Shown in pieces: positions 28,083 through 42,227 of a DNA stretch of 64,000 nt. How positions within the stretch are numbered: position 1 is the stretch's first letter; every line of letters starts with the position of its first letter. This stretch comes from Eledone cirrhosa. Lineage: Eukaryota. The notes under the pieces were generated by a model. It worked only from the letters and a program-made list of their open reading frames with translations. It had not been told where the DNA came from and did no database searches. The translations under genes and the position numbers were made by a program. The stretch lies in contig OZ024740.1 in the NCBI GenBank assembly GCA_964016885.1, positions 200,198,001 through 200,262,000 of the forward strand, written 5' to 3'.

Positions 28083-30484
28083 ATGGATTATTACAACATA
28101 ACCAATTCAACTAAAGACATTCCTATACCTGGTAAATCTCAATTCACCAAACTTCTTATTGAAAAAACTGACTCCTTCTTAAGAAGACTTAGATGGATAG
28201 CCTATTTCTATGACCAGCGCCTAAAAGGGAACTTCTATACGAAAGAACATAACTTCCTCGATCATCTATTTAATTCTAGACGAAATCCTCCTTCCAACAA
28301 AAATCTAGTACAATTCGAGGAAGAAAAACTAAAATAATAAAAAATCTTAAATTCAAGAGATACCCTTACAAAGGACAAGAGCACCTTGTAAATCTCAAGA
28401 ACACAATTTCTAACCTAAATTCCTCAAAAAATGTTTTAGTCTACTCTGACAAAACCAATAACTTATATGGAATTTCCAAGGATAATTATAACAACCTTAT
28501 CCTAAAGGAACTTAGGAAAAAGTATCGTAAAACCAACCATGAAAATTTAGAATACATAAACCTTGAAGCCTCTGAGATTATGTCAAAACTTGGCATTGAA
28601 AAAAAGACCGAACCATTCCTCCCAAGAACTCCGAGGATAAATCTCAAGGATCACAAAAACAATTTTCGCACTGAACTACCTGTTAGATTAATTGCCCCCT
28701 CTAAATCTGATCTGGGAGTTGTTAGTAAAGCCATCTTGGATAGAATTATCCCACAGGTTAGTTCAAATTGCTCTTCTTTGAACCTAAATTTATGGTTTTG
28801 TACTTCTGAAGTGATTGGCTGGTTCAACAAATTGGATAATAAAAACAAACTAAAATTTATTCAATTTGATATTGCCAGCTACTATTCCTCCATTTCGCCT
28901 TCACTTCTCAATAATGCTCTATATTTCGCACTTAAATATTCTGACATCACCACAGATGAACTTCACATCATCCTCACCGCACGTAAAACCATCCTAGAGT
29001 TCAACAACGAATATTGGACCAGAGCCGATACCTCTAACAACTTCGACATCACAATGGGAGCATCCGATTCATCCCAATTGACTGATTTAATTGGTATCTT
29101 TATTTTGAACTCTTTGAGTCGGAAAATTCCTCAACTTCGCGGTGGAATTTATCGTGACGATGGACTCTTTACTATCTTAAATTGCAATATAGTTAACCTT
29201 AATATTATTAAGAACAATATACGTAATCTCTTTAACCAACATAACCTAAAAATTGAATTTGATAATTGTATCAAACTAGCTAATTTCTTGGGTGTATCTC
29301 TTAATCTTGACACTGGCCTATATTACCCTTACAATAAAAACAATGAGAACCTAAATTATGTTAACTTTAAATCTAACCATCCTACCAATATCAAGAATGC
29401 TATAGTTAGTAATATTGGAAAAAGAATATCTAACATATCTTCTAATAAATACATCTTTGATGCTAACGCCAATTACTATAATAACGCACTTTCTAAAGCC
29501 GGTTATCCAGATAAAATCAAATATAGTAAAGAAACAAATTCTAGAAAAACTTACAGTAGAATAATTAATCATGATCATTCCAATAACTTTAATAAAAGAC
29601 CTAGATACAAAAACATAATCTGGTATAATGCTCCTTTCTCCATCTCTATTAATAACAATATTCCTAAGTTATTTTTTAGTGCCTTAAATAAATGCTTCCC
29701 TCCCTCACATATCTATAGTAAAATATTTAACAAACACACCATCAAATTTTCTTATTCTACATCCTCCAATATTTCCAACATTATCTCTAAACACAACAAT
29801 AAAATACTAAACACTAAATCTCTTCCTTCCAACATTGAATTTCATAATAACAGTAATAGTACTCCCGACGTCATTGTAAACCCTAGGCTAACTTCTGTAA
29901 ACCCAAATACAACGTCAAACACAACTTCGCTAAATGTTCATAATCCAACTCTAAATCAAGAAACTATTATTCCTATTATTCCTATCGCAAACAACTTCTC
30001 CAATCCAATTCCTTCTATAGATAACACTAGGTCACTCATTAATAATCTCTCTAATTGCAACTGCCGCATTAAAAATAAATGTCCTCTCAACAACCATTGT
30101 CTTGATAAAAACTTAATTTATGAATGTAAAGTTATAACTAGCACCAATTCCTTCACCTATTTTGGCTCCACTTCCACCTCTTTTAAAGCTCGTCTCTATA
30201 ATAATCATTCATCTTTTAAATACAAACTTAAAAGAACCAACACGGCTCTCTCAGAACTCATATGGTCCTTGAAAGACAAAAATATTAAATATACCATCTT
30301 TTGGAAGAAGGTTTCTTCTGCGTCCTCATACTTGAACAGCTCTCTATCTAAAATCTGTAATCTCTGCCTAAATGAAACATTTACCATTATCTCTAATCTA
30401 GATTCTATAATAAATAGACGTACAGATTTGTTTTCTATCTGCCTGCATAAATTCCATAGGACTTTTCACAAAGTATACAGCTAA
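28083..30484 (+). pseudogene. PLE RT plus GIY-YIG polyprotein; one break near 28330, otherwise open
   Basis: STKDIPIP..LRRLRWIA; NLKDHK..VRLIAPSKSDLG; QFDIASYYSSI; FDITMGASD; GIYRDDGL; CNCRIKNKCPLNNHC; LIYECKV..YFGSTSTSFKAR; CNLCLNE. Confidence 0.93.
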
Positions 30485-31461
30485 TATTCAATTCTTTATC
30501 AATTTAGAATCTTTTCTCAAAGGCACATATACATACACCTCTTTAAAATATACCCATCTTCCTACCTTACTTCAAAGGGCATTATACACTCTATATAATA
30601 CTTGTTTACTCATTACCCTCATTCTATCTTCACCTTGTAAAATCCTTCATAACATATACATTTGTTTTTTTGACGTTAGAATATTCATCCTCAATTATTA
30701 TTATTTTTTCCCTCCATCATCATACTTTTTAATCTCAATACATTAACTCCCTCTCCTTCTTTTGACGCTAGAATATTCATCCTTAATAATATATTTTTTT
30801 CTTCCCATCAACTAACTCATTCTTAATACATATTAACTCTTTCTTCGCACAAATTATCAATTCCTTCAATATAAAAACCTTAACTTCACATTATTTTTCT
30901 CAAATCATCTAATACACAAACATTAATAATTTTAATACATATTAACTCTTTCTTCGCACATATTATCAATTCCTTCAATATACAAACTTTAACTTCAACA
31001 CACAAACCTTAATAATTTTTTTCTCTCTTCGTTAATTTTGAAATTGCCATAATACTTATAAACATACACCTTTTTGACGTTAGAATATTCATCCGCAATT
31101 ATTATTTTTTCTCTCTATCTTCAAACTTTTTAATCTCAATACATAGCAACTCCCTCTCTTTCCCTTCGTTAATTTTCAAATTCTTTTAATTTATACATTA
31201 TTTTCCAACGGTTCTTAACCTCTCTATGTAAAACAATATATCTTTTCTCAGTTATAAAAACTATCTCTTTCTCTCTATCACCCATCTCTCCCTCTCCATC
31301 TTCACTCTCATCTCCTCCCCCTTTTTCATCCTTTCCACCCCCCCCCTCTCTAAATAAAATATTTTTCCCAATATCACACATCAATCTAAAACTACTTTTC
31401 ATATGTTGATATAAAACTGCACTATCCACAAGTGTTTTTTAGCCTTCATATCATTTTCTCC

Positions 31462-31532
31462 TGTTTTATCTGATGAAAACACAAATATTATTGTATGATG
31501 ATGTTTGTTTTTGAAATGCGCATAATAAAATA
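31462..31532 (+). ncRNA. Type I hammerhead ribozyme (twin at 26915-26985, minus)
   Basis: TGTTTTAT-CTGATGA-AAACACAAATATTATT gtat GATGATGTTTGTTTTT-GAAA-TGCGCA-TA-ATAAAATA; palindromic stem III. Confidence 0.88.
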
Positions 31533-31577
31533 CATGGAACTCCTTTAACCATCTTTTGATCTTATATATATATATAT

Positions 31578-34120
31578 AGTAATAATAATAACATTGAAGA
31601 CTAAAATCCAAAGAGGGCTCGATAAGGAAAATATATATCAAATATATAAGAACCGTAGAGCAAATATTTATTAAAATAACAGATTAAAGTTTAAGCAAAG
31701 AATCGCTGCTTTCACCCTTAACGGGATCTTCTGAAACTAACAAAGTCAATCTGTAAACGCAGAACTGGATATTTCAAAAAACGTTGCAACCGGAGGAAGA
31801 CAGGAAGACGATACTTTGGTTCGTGGAAACATTCGCTGGCAGAGAACGGGAAAAAACGAATAATACGTCATTAATAGGAGCGGTGAAAAACAATTACGCG
31901 CAAAGACAGAACCACGTTTATGGTATAAAAGAGGTCGTAGACTAATGTTCTCTTAGCTGGTGCATAGAGACGTTCTCTGGCAATAAACGAAAAAACGAAG
32001 ATAATAAGTCATAAGTGGAGCGTGGAGAACAATAGCACGCAAAGACAAAACCACGTAAATGGTATAGCAGAAGACGTAGACTAAAATTCTAACTAGGAGA
32101 CCAAATGAATCTCCGCTACAGAGTTAAGAACAAAGTAAATAAATATTCAGATGTTGTTTCTGCATAACAGGATAAATTTGGATTTAACCCTCCGTGGAAC
32201 CCAGTATAGAAAGCCGAATGATACGCTTAATTACATAAGTAAGCATTCCAACCATCCTGCCAGCATAACCAAGAACCTGGTAAAAGACGTTTCGTTGAGG
32301 CTTTCCCGTCTTTCCACCACCGAGAGCATTTTCAACGACCATTCCACTTATTACAATGAAGCTCTTGCTCAAAGTGGATTTGTCGATAAGGTAGCATATA
32401 CAGAGTACGAAAATTGACCTAGAAGAAATAGATCCCGTCGCATTTGTTGGGTTAACCCACCATATAATATGGAGGTGGCCACACCATTAGCTAAGATCTT
32501 TCTTTCCCTTATTACGAAGCATTTTTCCCCTACACATAAATATAGTAAAATTATTTAATAGAAATACTATTAACATTTCTTACTCTACGACTCCTAACCT
32601 TGCACATAACATCACAGCTTCAAATTTAGCAAAACTACCTAGCCGTAGGAACACGTGCAACCCTGTAGTTAGTACTGACTGTAATTGTAGGAATCGGGCT
32701 GATTGCCCCCTATCCGGGAAATGCCTCTCTAGTAACATTGTCTACAAACGTAAGGTTGTAACACCCACGTCCCGTAGGGCCTACATAGGGTTAACCGCCA
32801 ATAGTTTCAAGCAGCGTCTTTACATGCATACCCATTCTTTTCGTTACCCTCTAAGAAGGAATATGACGTCACTTTCAGCTTATATCTGGAGTCTAAAATA
32901 CAACCACACCCATTATAAGTTACACTGGGAGATCCTAGCTAGGGCTAGATCGTATAACGGAAATAAAAGACCATGTGACATCTGCGCCGCTGAGGCCCTG
33001 GTAATACCCTACGCCACAGACCACATCTTAAACAAAATATCTGAGGCAATTTCGGCTTGTAAACATAAATTGCACAAAACTTTCCTGTATTACAGCCCCA
33101 CGTTATACCCTAACGGATAGCACGATCTATACGTGGATATTTTACGTCTTGATGTGGGAGCTAAGTAAAAGTATATGTTTTGTTTATTCCTTTACTTATT
33201 TGCATAGGTAAGTATATATTACCCGTATGTTTTGTGAAGGTATGTATACCCTCTCGTACGTATATTTGACTATTGGCGTATAATTTTTACATATTCTGGT
33301 ATTTAGGGTTTGGCTATGTGTATACGGGAGTTTTGCGTCTGCGTGAGTATGCAGGTTCGCACGTATGGTGGGTGTGTGTATATGTGTACTTCTTGTTTTA
33401 GTTGACTTACGTCTCCGAACATTCGTGTATTTATTTGTAGGTATGTGTGTGCGCTTGTTATATACGTATTTATTTACTTATATACGTTTATATAATTATT
33501 TATTTATTTGTACACAAGCATACACACACACACATATTTATATGTGCGTGGTTAGGTATACCTATGGTAAGGTTTTGCGTATACTTGTGTATGTACGTAT
33601 CTGTTTGCGTGTATGTATTTATTTGTTTCTATTACTTCTGTATTGTATTTATTTACTTTGTTCTTAACTCTGTAGCGGAGATTCATTTGGTCTCCTAGTT
33701 AGAATTTTAGTCTACGACTTCTGCTATACCATTTACGTGGTTTTGTCTTGGCGTGCTATTGTTCTCCACGCTCCACATATGACTTATTATCTTCGTTTTT
33801 TCGTTCATTGCCAGAGAACGTCTCTATGCACCACCTAAGAGAACTTTAGTCTACGACCTCTTTTATACCATAAACGTGGTTCTGTCTTTGCGCGTAATTG
33901 TTTTTCACCGCTCCTATTAATGACGTATTATTCGTTTTTCCCCGTTCTTTGCCAGCGAACGTTACCACGAAACAAAGTACCGTCTTCCTGTCTTCCTCCG
34001 GTTACAACGTTTTTTGAAATATCCAGTTCTGCGTTTACAGATTGACTTTGTTAGTTTCAGAAGATCCCGTTAAGGGTGAAAGCAGCGATTCTTTGCTTAA
34101 ACTTTAATCTGTTATTTTAA
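31578..34120. mobile_element. 5'-truncated PLE with inverted arms of about 470 bp; coding remnant 32160-33120 (plus)
   Basis: 31670-32135 is the inverse of 33645-34120; YRKPNDTLNYISKHSNHP, CNCRNRADCPLSGKC, AYIGLTANSFKQR, CDICAAE. Confidence 0.9.
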
Positions 34121-34142
34121 TATATATATATATATATATATA

Positions 34143-34541
34143 TACGAGGGTAATCCCAAAAGTAAGGTCTCCAAAGCGATGGGGACGCAGAGAAACTGTT
34201 CGTACGGCTGTTGCCAACACTGTTGTGATTGCTGCATCCTTCACTCCCAAACAAGCATGCGCGAGCTTCACTGGGATGCTCAATCCTGGCTTGGCAGCCG
34301 TTGAGCATGGAGCTCCCGTTGAACGCTACCGCCAAGTGCGAATTTTTGCACAGTTATTATATAGAGGGCAATCCCAAAATTATGGTCTCCTTCCGAGGAA
34401 AACAATGCGTAAAGATCGGCGGATCACTGTGGATGCTCTCTGCATTTTGGTTCTTGAGGTTTCCCGAAACACCATCCACAGTATATTAACGGAAAAGTTG
34501 CAATATGGGAAGGAGACCTTACTTTTGGGATTACCCTCGTA
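34143..34541 (+). mobile_element. Mariner internal-deletion derivative (MITE-like)
   Basis: 30-bp TIRs TACGAGGGTAATCCCAAAAGTAAGGTCTCC at 34143-34172 and inverse at 34512-34541; transposase scraps MELPLNATAKCE and DRRITV..VSRNTIHSILTEKLQY. Confidence 0.88.
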
Positions 34542-36423
34542 CATATATATTATATTTAGGAAAGGCAAATAAAATAAAGAAATATTCATCTAATTACTTA
34601 TTGATTCATATTCATTCTTTCATCGAGCAAAATTGGTATCTGTTGAACTCCCTCACATGTCTATACTTATATATATATATATATATATATTCACTATATA
34701 TATATACATATATGTTTGTGTGTGTGTATGTGTATGTGTGTATGTGTGTGTGTGTGTGTGTATGTATGTGTGTGTGAGTGTGTGCGTGCACACATAAGAC
34801 TTTAAAGAAGCTGTCAGTCGGAAGATAGAGTACTCACATTTCGGTTGGTGTAATTAGAGTTCGGTTTTGTAATCCAGTCGATGGTACAAGTGGCTCTGTA
34901 CCTGATCAGGCTTTTATTTATTTTTTTTATTGTTGAATTCAGCGATATTATTTGTAGTATTTTATGTTCCTTTATACGATATCTTCACTTTTTATTGATC
35001 ATTATGTTTTATTGGGGGTTCGGTGTGAAAGGTTTCTGTATCATTCCAAAAATAATTTAGTAAGGGATGCCGCTACTTCGTCATTCAATTGTGGGTTCTT
35101 CCACGCTTCTTGTTCTTGTGGTGGCTTTGGACTCGTGAGATTCAACAAAATCAATATCTTGTTTGAACACACACATCGGGAGGCGTCATTACAGTATAGT
35201 GCATACTCTCTGAAAATCCACTCGCTGGTGGTCAAGCGGCAATTGCGGATGGAGAATGTCTTGGGTATCTTTATGGTGATAGAGTGAGTGGGATTTTAGT
35301 TTCTGTTTATATAGTGCAGAAATTTCATCAGACACTATAATCCACACCCCTAGTTCTCAGTGATATCACCAACACTTTACACTAAATTTACAATATACAT
35401 AACACCTATTCCATGATATAAATCATGTCTACGTCCAGGTTTCGTTACTATTGTTTATTTTTATCTGTATACGTCTATCAGGGTGTATGTGTGTGCGTGG
35501 GAAGGCGCTCTTGTATCTCTGTGAAGGAGTAAAAGTGATTCAGAAATTTGATTCGAAACCGCCTGAAACCGCTCATCGTTAAATCATACAAAACTGTTTG
35601 TCATAAAATGACTTTGTTTATTTAAAGACATTCTAATAATTTTACGTAAGACTGTCTCTTATGTTCCGAACATCTAACTGAGTCATCGAAAAAATTACTT
35701 GAAAATCATAGATACTATATTTCATTAGAAATATGGCAACAAAAACATTATAATCGTACGACAATGTTGATAATTTGAACGCAACTATGTGGATACAGTT
35801 CTAATTCCACTGTGTTAATCAAATAACTTTCACATAAGCATCGAGCTGAAGAACACCATTTGTCATTTAGTAGAACGAGATTTTGCATATTCTGGAATAT
35901 ACATATAGATATAATTATAAGTGTGAAGGGCAAATAGACCACAAAATCCCTAATGTTTCTTCATACTCTTGACTGCTGCAGTTTCGCCGATTGGTGTGCA
36001 AAGAAAGTACAATTGAAGTGCACTCAAGCAGTGAGATTATCGATTTGTCAAGAGAATTCCTCAGCGTAGAGTCAAATTCTCCAAACTGATCGCTACCAGT
36101 GAAATTCTGGAAAGGGAAAATTATCACGTGGTTTTATATATATATAAATTAGGCATAAACCTTCGTGTTGTTAGAACTTATTGATTCTGTTTGATATACA
36201 CGAGTTAATTACCTCCGACAATGGGTTTGGCTTACTGGAATATATGTATTCGATTTACAACGTTTACATATATGTATGTATGCAGCTATGTTGGAGCGAA
36301 CACTTTAATTCTATATCTATTTTTCTAACCATCTATTCATATCTCTCTCTCTCGATCGATTGATCGAAGTAGTACCCGCAATACAGCAGATACTAATCGA
36401 ATTATACATATATATATATGTAA

Positions 36424-36480
<57 letters not shown>

Positions 36481-36492
36481 GATGTATATATA

Positions 36493-36551
<59 letters not shown>

Positions 36552-36557
<6 letters not shown>

Positions 36558-36818
36558 AAGAAATAGAATTTCGCTTCAAGCATAGCTTTATACAATATGT
36601 ATAAATATTTCGTATCTCCTAAGAAATACGGTTTTAGGAAGCCGTAGCTATGCAAACACCGGTGGACCGTTCTAACGAAGGCCAGTTAAGCCTGAAATGC
36701 ATAGACGGTTGTCCCCCTTGCTTCTGCTGGACATCACCAGAGAGCGTTAGCCCCCCGGTGTTTGCATAGCTACGGCTTCCTAAAACCGTATTTCTTTGGA
36801 GATACGAAATATTTATAC

Positions 36819-36822
<4 letters not shown>
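36552..36822. mobile_element. Mini head-to-head insert with a hammerhead-like core
   Basis: Inverted arms about 36587-36662 and 36755-36822; 36665-36710 reads GACCGTT-CTAACGA-AGGC cagttaa GCCT-GAAA-TGCA-TA-GACGGTT (G5>A variant); (TA)n flanks. Confidence 0.8.
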
Positions 36823-36884
<62 letters not shown>

Positions 36885-37466
36885 CTACTCTGCGTTTTGT
36901 GGTTTCTCTGCAGACATGTAAGTAGTACAAGGAATCTGACTTATTGGAGAGCTACAAACGTTAGGAAATCTTTAAACCAATGCAAATCTAGACATCAATC
37001 ATTTCAACAAACACGGGGATTTCAAAGGAAATCACTGTAGAATCACATCAGTGACCATGTATACATACCTTCATTGGGAGAACAAACACTATAGATATAT
37101 TAAATAGATTACAGACACTTTTTCATTTACACTAATTTTTAATTAGATTCATTTCCTGTGTTTTATTGGAATAGCTGAGTGACTCATAAAATCCTAATTT
37201 TATTAGTGTTTTTATTTTAAATATTGATAGACTGATTATATATAGAAATCAAACTATTGAGTTAATATCAGAAGAAAGAACCCCATCCTTTTATGTCATT
37301 AAACATTTTACATTTCACACATTTATATGAACGGTCCTTTTGCAAATCATCGGAAATTAGAATTACTTCTAGTTATAAAATGTGATTAAAACATTTCGAA
37401 ACAGCCATATACATCATAGCTTTATATATATATATACAGGTAAAACAGGTAAAAGAATATATATAT

Positions 37467-37720
37467 AGTTAGGGAAGCAGAAAATTGCTTATTGTGATCC
37501 AGTTCGTGGTTAAAAAAGCCAGTTTCATGGACGGTTTCAACGTACGGTTAGTGGTAACTCCACAAGTTTGTAAGAATTCCGTTCAATCTTGGAGTATAAA
37601 GTATAAAAGAGAAAACACAGGTAAGCATTAAGAGAAGGATTTTATCCATGTATTTACGACCGTTTCATTGGTAAGTGCAACCTTATATTGCTATACTGCA
37701 AATAGCAGCCACTCAATGAT
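37467..37720 (-). mobile_element. Old PLE pLTR fragment
   Basis: Minus strand has GAAACGGTCGTA (3' half hammerhead, 37655-37666) followed by TACTC-CAAG..CTTG-TG-GAGT (37557-37596); ends at a TA run. Confidence 0.5.
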
Positions 37721-38919
37721 AATTGTTGTTCACGTTCAAATTTTCAAAATAGTGAGTAAGTTACTCTTGAAATAGTTCTTAATATATAGAGAAAAACATT
37801 TTTTTTAAAATTGTATTTACTAGTATAGAGAGCGAGGAAGAGGAATTAGAAAGTGAGGAGACAAACGGAATAGAATACATAATGAATGTATGCAGTCTAA
37901 CCCGGTTTACCAATGCTTCTTATTATGGATAGTTTTAGCGTACGGCGTTGCTTGACTCAACAAGAGATTTACGTAGATGATGAGTTTATGATTTCACTTG
38001 TATTCCTATGTAAGTTTATCTTGGAATAATACAATTTAAAAAATGGAGAATAACATGGTCAACAGTACAAAAAAGGGTATTTATTTGCAGTCTGACAATT
38101 GTTTCACTGATAGAGTTGTCTAAAAATTGCTGAACTCTAAAAACAGTGACACTTAATTTTAAATACAATGTTAACTCCATTAGATCATCGGAAACTGTTA
38201 AAAAAATATATATGTAACCGGCAAATTTACAAATTCAAATTACATCATCAATAATAATATTAATAATAAAGATATAGAGAGAAAATGAGGAAGAAAGGGA
38301 GATAGATACAGTAAAGAAAAAAGGAAAGGAAGGAGAAAGAAGAAGAAGGAAAAGGAAAAAGAAAAAAAGAAAGAAGAAGAAAAGGAGAAATTATTATAGA
38401 TAGAAATATAAAGAGAGGAAGATATATAGAAGATGATAGTATATAGATGAGGGACAAACATACGTAAGAATAACATAGGATAGAGAGAAGAAGAGAAAAG
38501 AATAGAGGGACAAATAGATGAATAAACGTTCATGCATGAATAAATGTAAATAAATATAAAAACAGATATATAAAAAATATATGAAAAAATGGTGAAAATA
38601 TGATAATGTTAAATATATTTATGTGTGTATTGGTTATTTTAATCAATAAATAAATTAATTAGTTTTAAGTTATATTATATGATAAAACAAAATGACAGAG
38701 ATGAAATAAGTTTAAGGAGAGAAATATTAAGATAAAGAGTGAAAAATAGAGATATATAAAATAACATCGTATTTAAAATTGAGTGGCACTGGTTTTAGTG
38801 TTCAGCAATTTCTAGACAACTCTATCAGTGAAACAATGGTTTCACTGCAAATAAATTTCCTTTTTTGTACTGTTGACCATGATATTCTCCATTTTTTTAA
38901 TATTATATATATATATATA

Positions 38920-40201
38920 TCATTATCTATAAAAGGCAGATTGTTGTTGTTGTATGTGTGTGTGCATGTTCCATGTTTATACATTTGCACAATTTCAAAC
39001 CGATTCGACTCAATGTCTGTAAGAATGTTGTAAATGGGCTACCTTAAGTCAACTACTATTTATTTCATTCAAACTCACCCACAATTACGGAAATAATTGA
39101 TAAAACTAAATACATGACGCTTTACCCCTCTAATACAATCAGAATACCTCTCTACTCCCCTTAAAATTCGATAAAACTACCTACATGCTTTAGGAACGCC
39201 GAAGAGAGAGAGAAGAGTGTGAGAGGGAAAGAGAGAGAGAACGTTTGTTTTTGAGTGTGGAACGGTCAAACATTTATTTACTTCAATGACAAAGAGAACT
39301 TATTACATTTCATACGAAACAACAATTATTCAAAAGCAACAGATACATGTATTCAACAACAACAAAAATAACGATAAATCTTTTTTAAAACATCTATCAA
39401 CGAACGTGGAAGAAAGAAGTATCAGTTTATTTACTATACACAATAATATACTCTATGGGGTCACTAAACCTGCTAGAAACAGCAGCTAACTCTCCCCTAT
39501 ATCACATCCCTCTCTACTGTCGTAAATTTAGAAAACATAACCTCTATGAGGTCACTCAACCTGCTAGAAACAGCAGCTAACTATCCCCCATATCAGACCA
39601 CTCCCTACTGTCTTAAATTTAGAAAACATATCCTCTATGAGGTCACTAAACCTGCTAGAATAAACAGCTAACTCTCCCCCCTATCACACCACTCCCTACT
39701 GTCTTAAATTTAGAAAACATATCCTCTATGAGGTCACTAAACCTGCTAGAAACAGCAGCTAACTTTCCCCCCTGTCACACCACTCCCTACTGTCTTAAAT
39801 TTAGAAAACACATATCCTCTATGAGGTCACTAAACCTGCAAGAAACAGCATCTAACTCTCCCCCATATCACACCCCACCCTACTGTCTTAAATTTAGAAA
39901 ACACACATTAGACAACCATACAGAACAATTCCATCGCAGCTCTGTTGTTCGGCTGGCATCGTCTACGCGCGTGTTGCGCAAGTACTGTGAAACAATAAAT
40001 TTCAACACTTCTTTGCACAGAGATAATATCCATGGGCGAAACTACAATTGTCACTGCTGACGCGGCTACTGCTTCGGCAGTCCAGGTCTGCGATTCATTC
40101 ACCCAGTGCCTGGTAGACAAAAATGTGCTGCCATAAAATGGGTGGTGCAACCTAACTTTGGTAACTTACTGACCCCGAGCAAAGCCGGGCTTTAATGCTA
40201 G
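38920..40201 (+). mobile_element. Non-autonomous Helitron A
   Basis: 5' TC..TCTATAAAAGG followed by a TG-rich tract; 3' hairpin CCCGAGC aaa GCCGGG then CTAG at 40198-40201. Confidence 0.65.
39451..39905. repeat. Minisatellite, five units of about 91 bp
   Basis: CTCTATGAGGTCACTAAACCTGCTAGAAAC.. recurs at 39451, 39542, 39633, 39724 and 39817. Confidence 0.95.
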
Positions 40202-40221
40202 TATATATATAAAAATGAGGA

Positions 40222-40291
<70 letters not shown>

Positions 40292-40863
40292 TTTGAATCC
40301 CTAAAACTCGAGAAGTACCCAACCGATTTCTTTCAATCTTGACATGTGTATTACTTGTGTTTCAGGGAATCTTATGCACATAAGAAAATACAACTTTTTT
40401 ATCCCCAAGTTGAAAATCTACGTTTTTTCAGCTTTTTAGGGTTATTTTGAGGCGTTACTTCAGACCGATTTCCTTGAAATTGTAATTATGTATTAGACAG
40501 ACTCTTCTTCATGCCGTGAGCATAGAAAATCCAACTTCGTTATAGCCTAGGTGAAAATCTTCATTTTTTCAGCTTTCTAGGGCCTTTTTGAGGCGTTACG
40601 TCTAGCCGATTTTTCCCGAAATTTCAAGGCATATTGTGCACATAAAAACAATTCATTTTCTTGATCCCCTACGGCCCGCATTAGGTGAAACACTGCATTT
40701 GTCCTGCTTCATCGAGCAAAATCTTAAAGATTATCCAGCCATCAGAGTATTCGGTATATTTTCTTTACATATTGTCCAGGCATGCAGTTTTCCCACGATT
40801 AGGTCTGTTGGCGGTCCGCGTTGCAAAATACCTTATCCCGTGCAACGCACGAACCAATGCTAG
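40202..40863 (+). mobile_element. Non-autonomous Helitron B
   Basis: TATATATATAAAAATGAGG followed by (TG)n; 3' hairpin CGTGC aac GCACG (40839-40851) then CTAG-T. Confidence 0.7.
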
Positions 40864-41203
40864 TATATATATATAATAGTAATAACATTCTAATTTTAGT
40901 TCTCTTTAAATGTATATATAGATATATGTATGAAGAGATGGGGTGAGATAGAGAGAGAAAGAGAGAGAGAGGGGGGAAGATAGATAGATAGGTAGATAGA
41001 TAAATATTTAAAATCCACTGGCTGAGAATTTTACAGGTGATGGCTGGTGTAATTTATCTTGTTCCAGCAGAAGCAAAGGGATGAAGCCGACAGCTTTTAC
41101 CGGATGTGTGACCGTTATGAACGGAACATACTTCTTTACTTGCCTCATGCTTCAAATCAAATAATCCACAAACATATAGTTTTAACGCTTATGTATATGG
41201 GTT

Positions 41204-42025
<822 letters not shown>

Positions 42026-42227
42026 GTATATATATGTATCTATATATATAAATATATACATATATATACATATATATACATATATATATATACACATATA
42101 TATATACATATATATTCATTAGTTACGCAAAACAAGACCACAAATTTTAAAAGGAAGATAATATTAAAAGATTGTCAAGTTTGATGTAAGGAATGTAGAG
42201 AATAATAATATTAATAATAATAATAAT

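Larger units (their letters stand above)
26787..31568. mobile_element. Penelope-like element (Nematis-like, tentative): inverted 3' arm (26787-27908, minus) plus unit-length arm (27909-31568, plus)
   Basis: 26880-27908 is the reverse complement of about 30760-31568 (with an internal duplication at 27085-27510); (TA)n flanks. Confidence 0.93.

Noticed and set aside
34829-34860. Possible tail motif ACTC..GAGTACT (minus)
   Set aside because: Upper stem and T-led bulge are not preserved; not counted
38240-38533. Hydrophobic ORFs
   Set aside because: Antisense of purine-rich low-complexity DNA
39451-39905. CRISPR-like regular repeat
   Set aside because: Units are similar over their full length with no unique spacers; eukaryotic context and no cas genes
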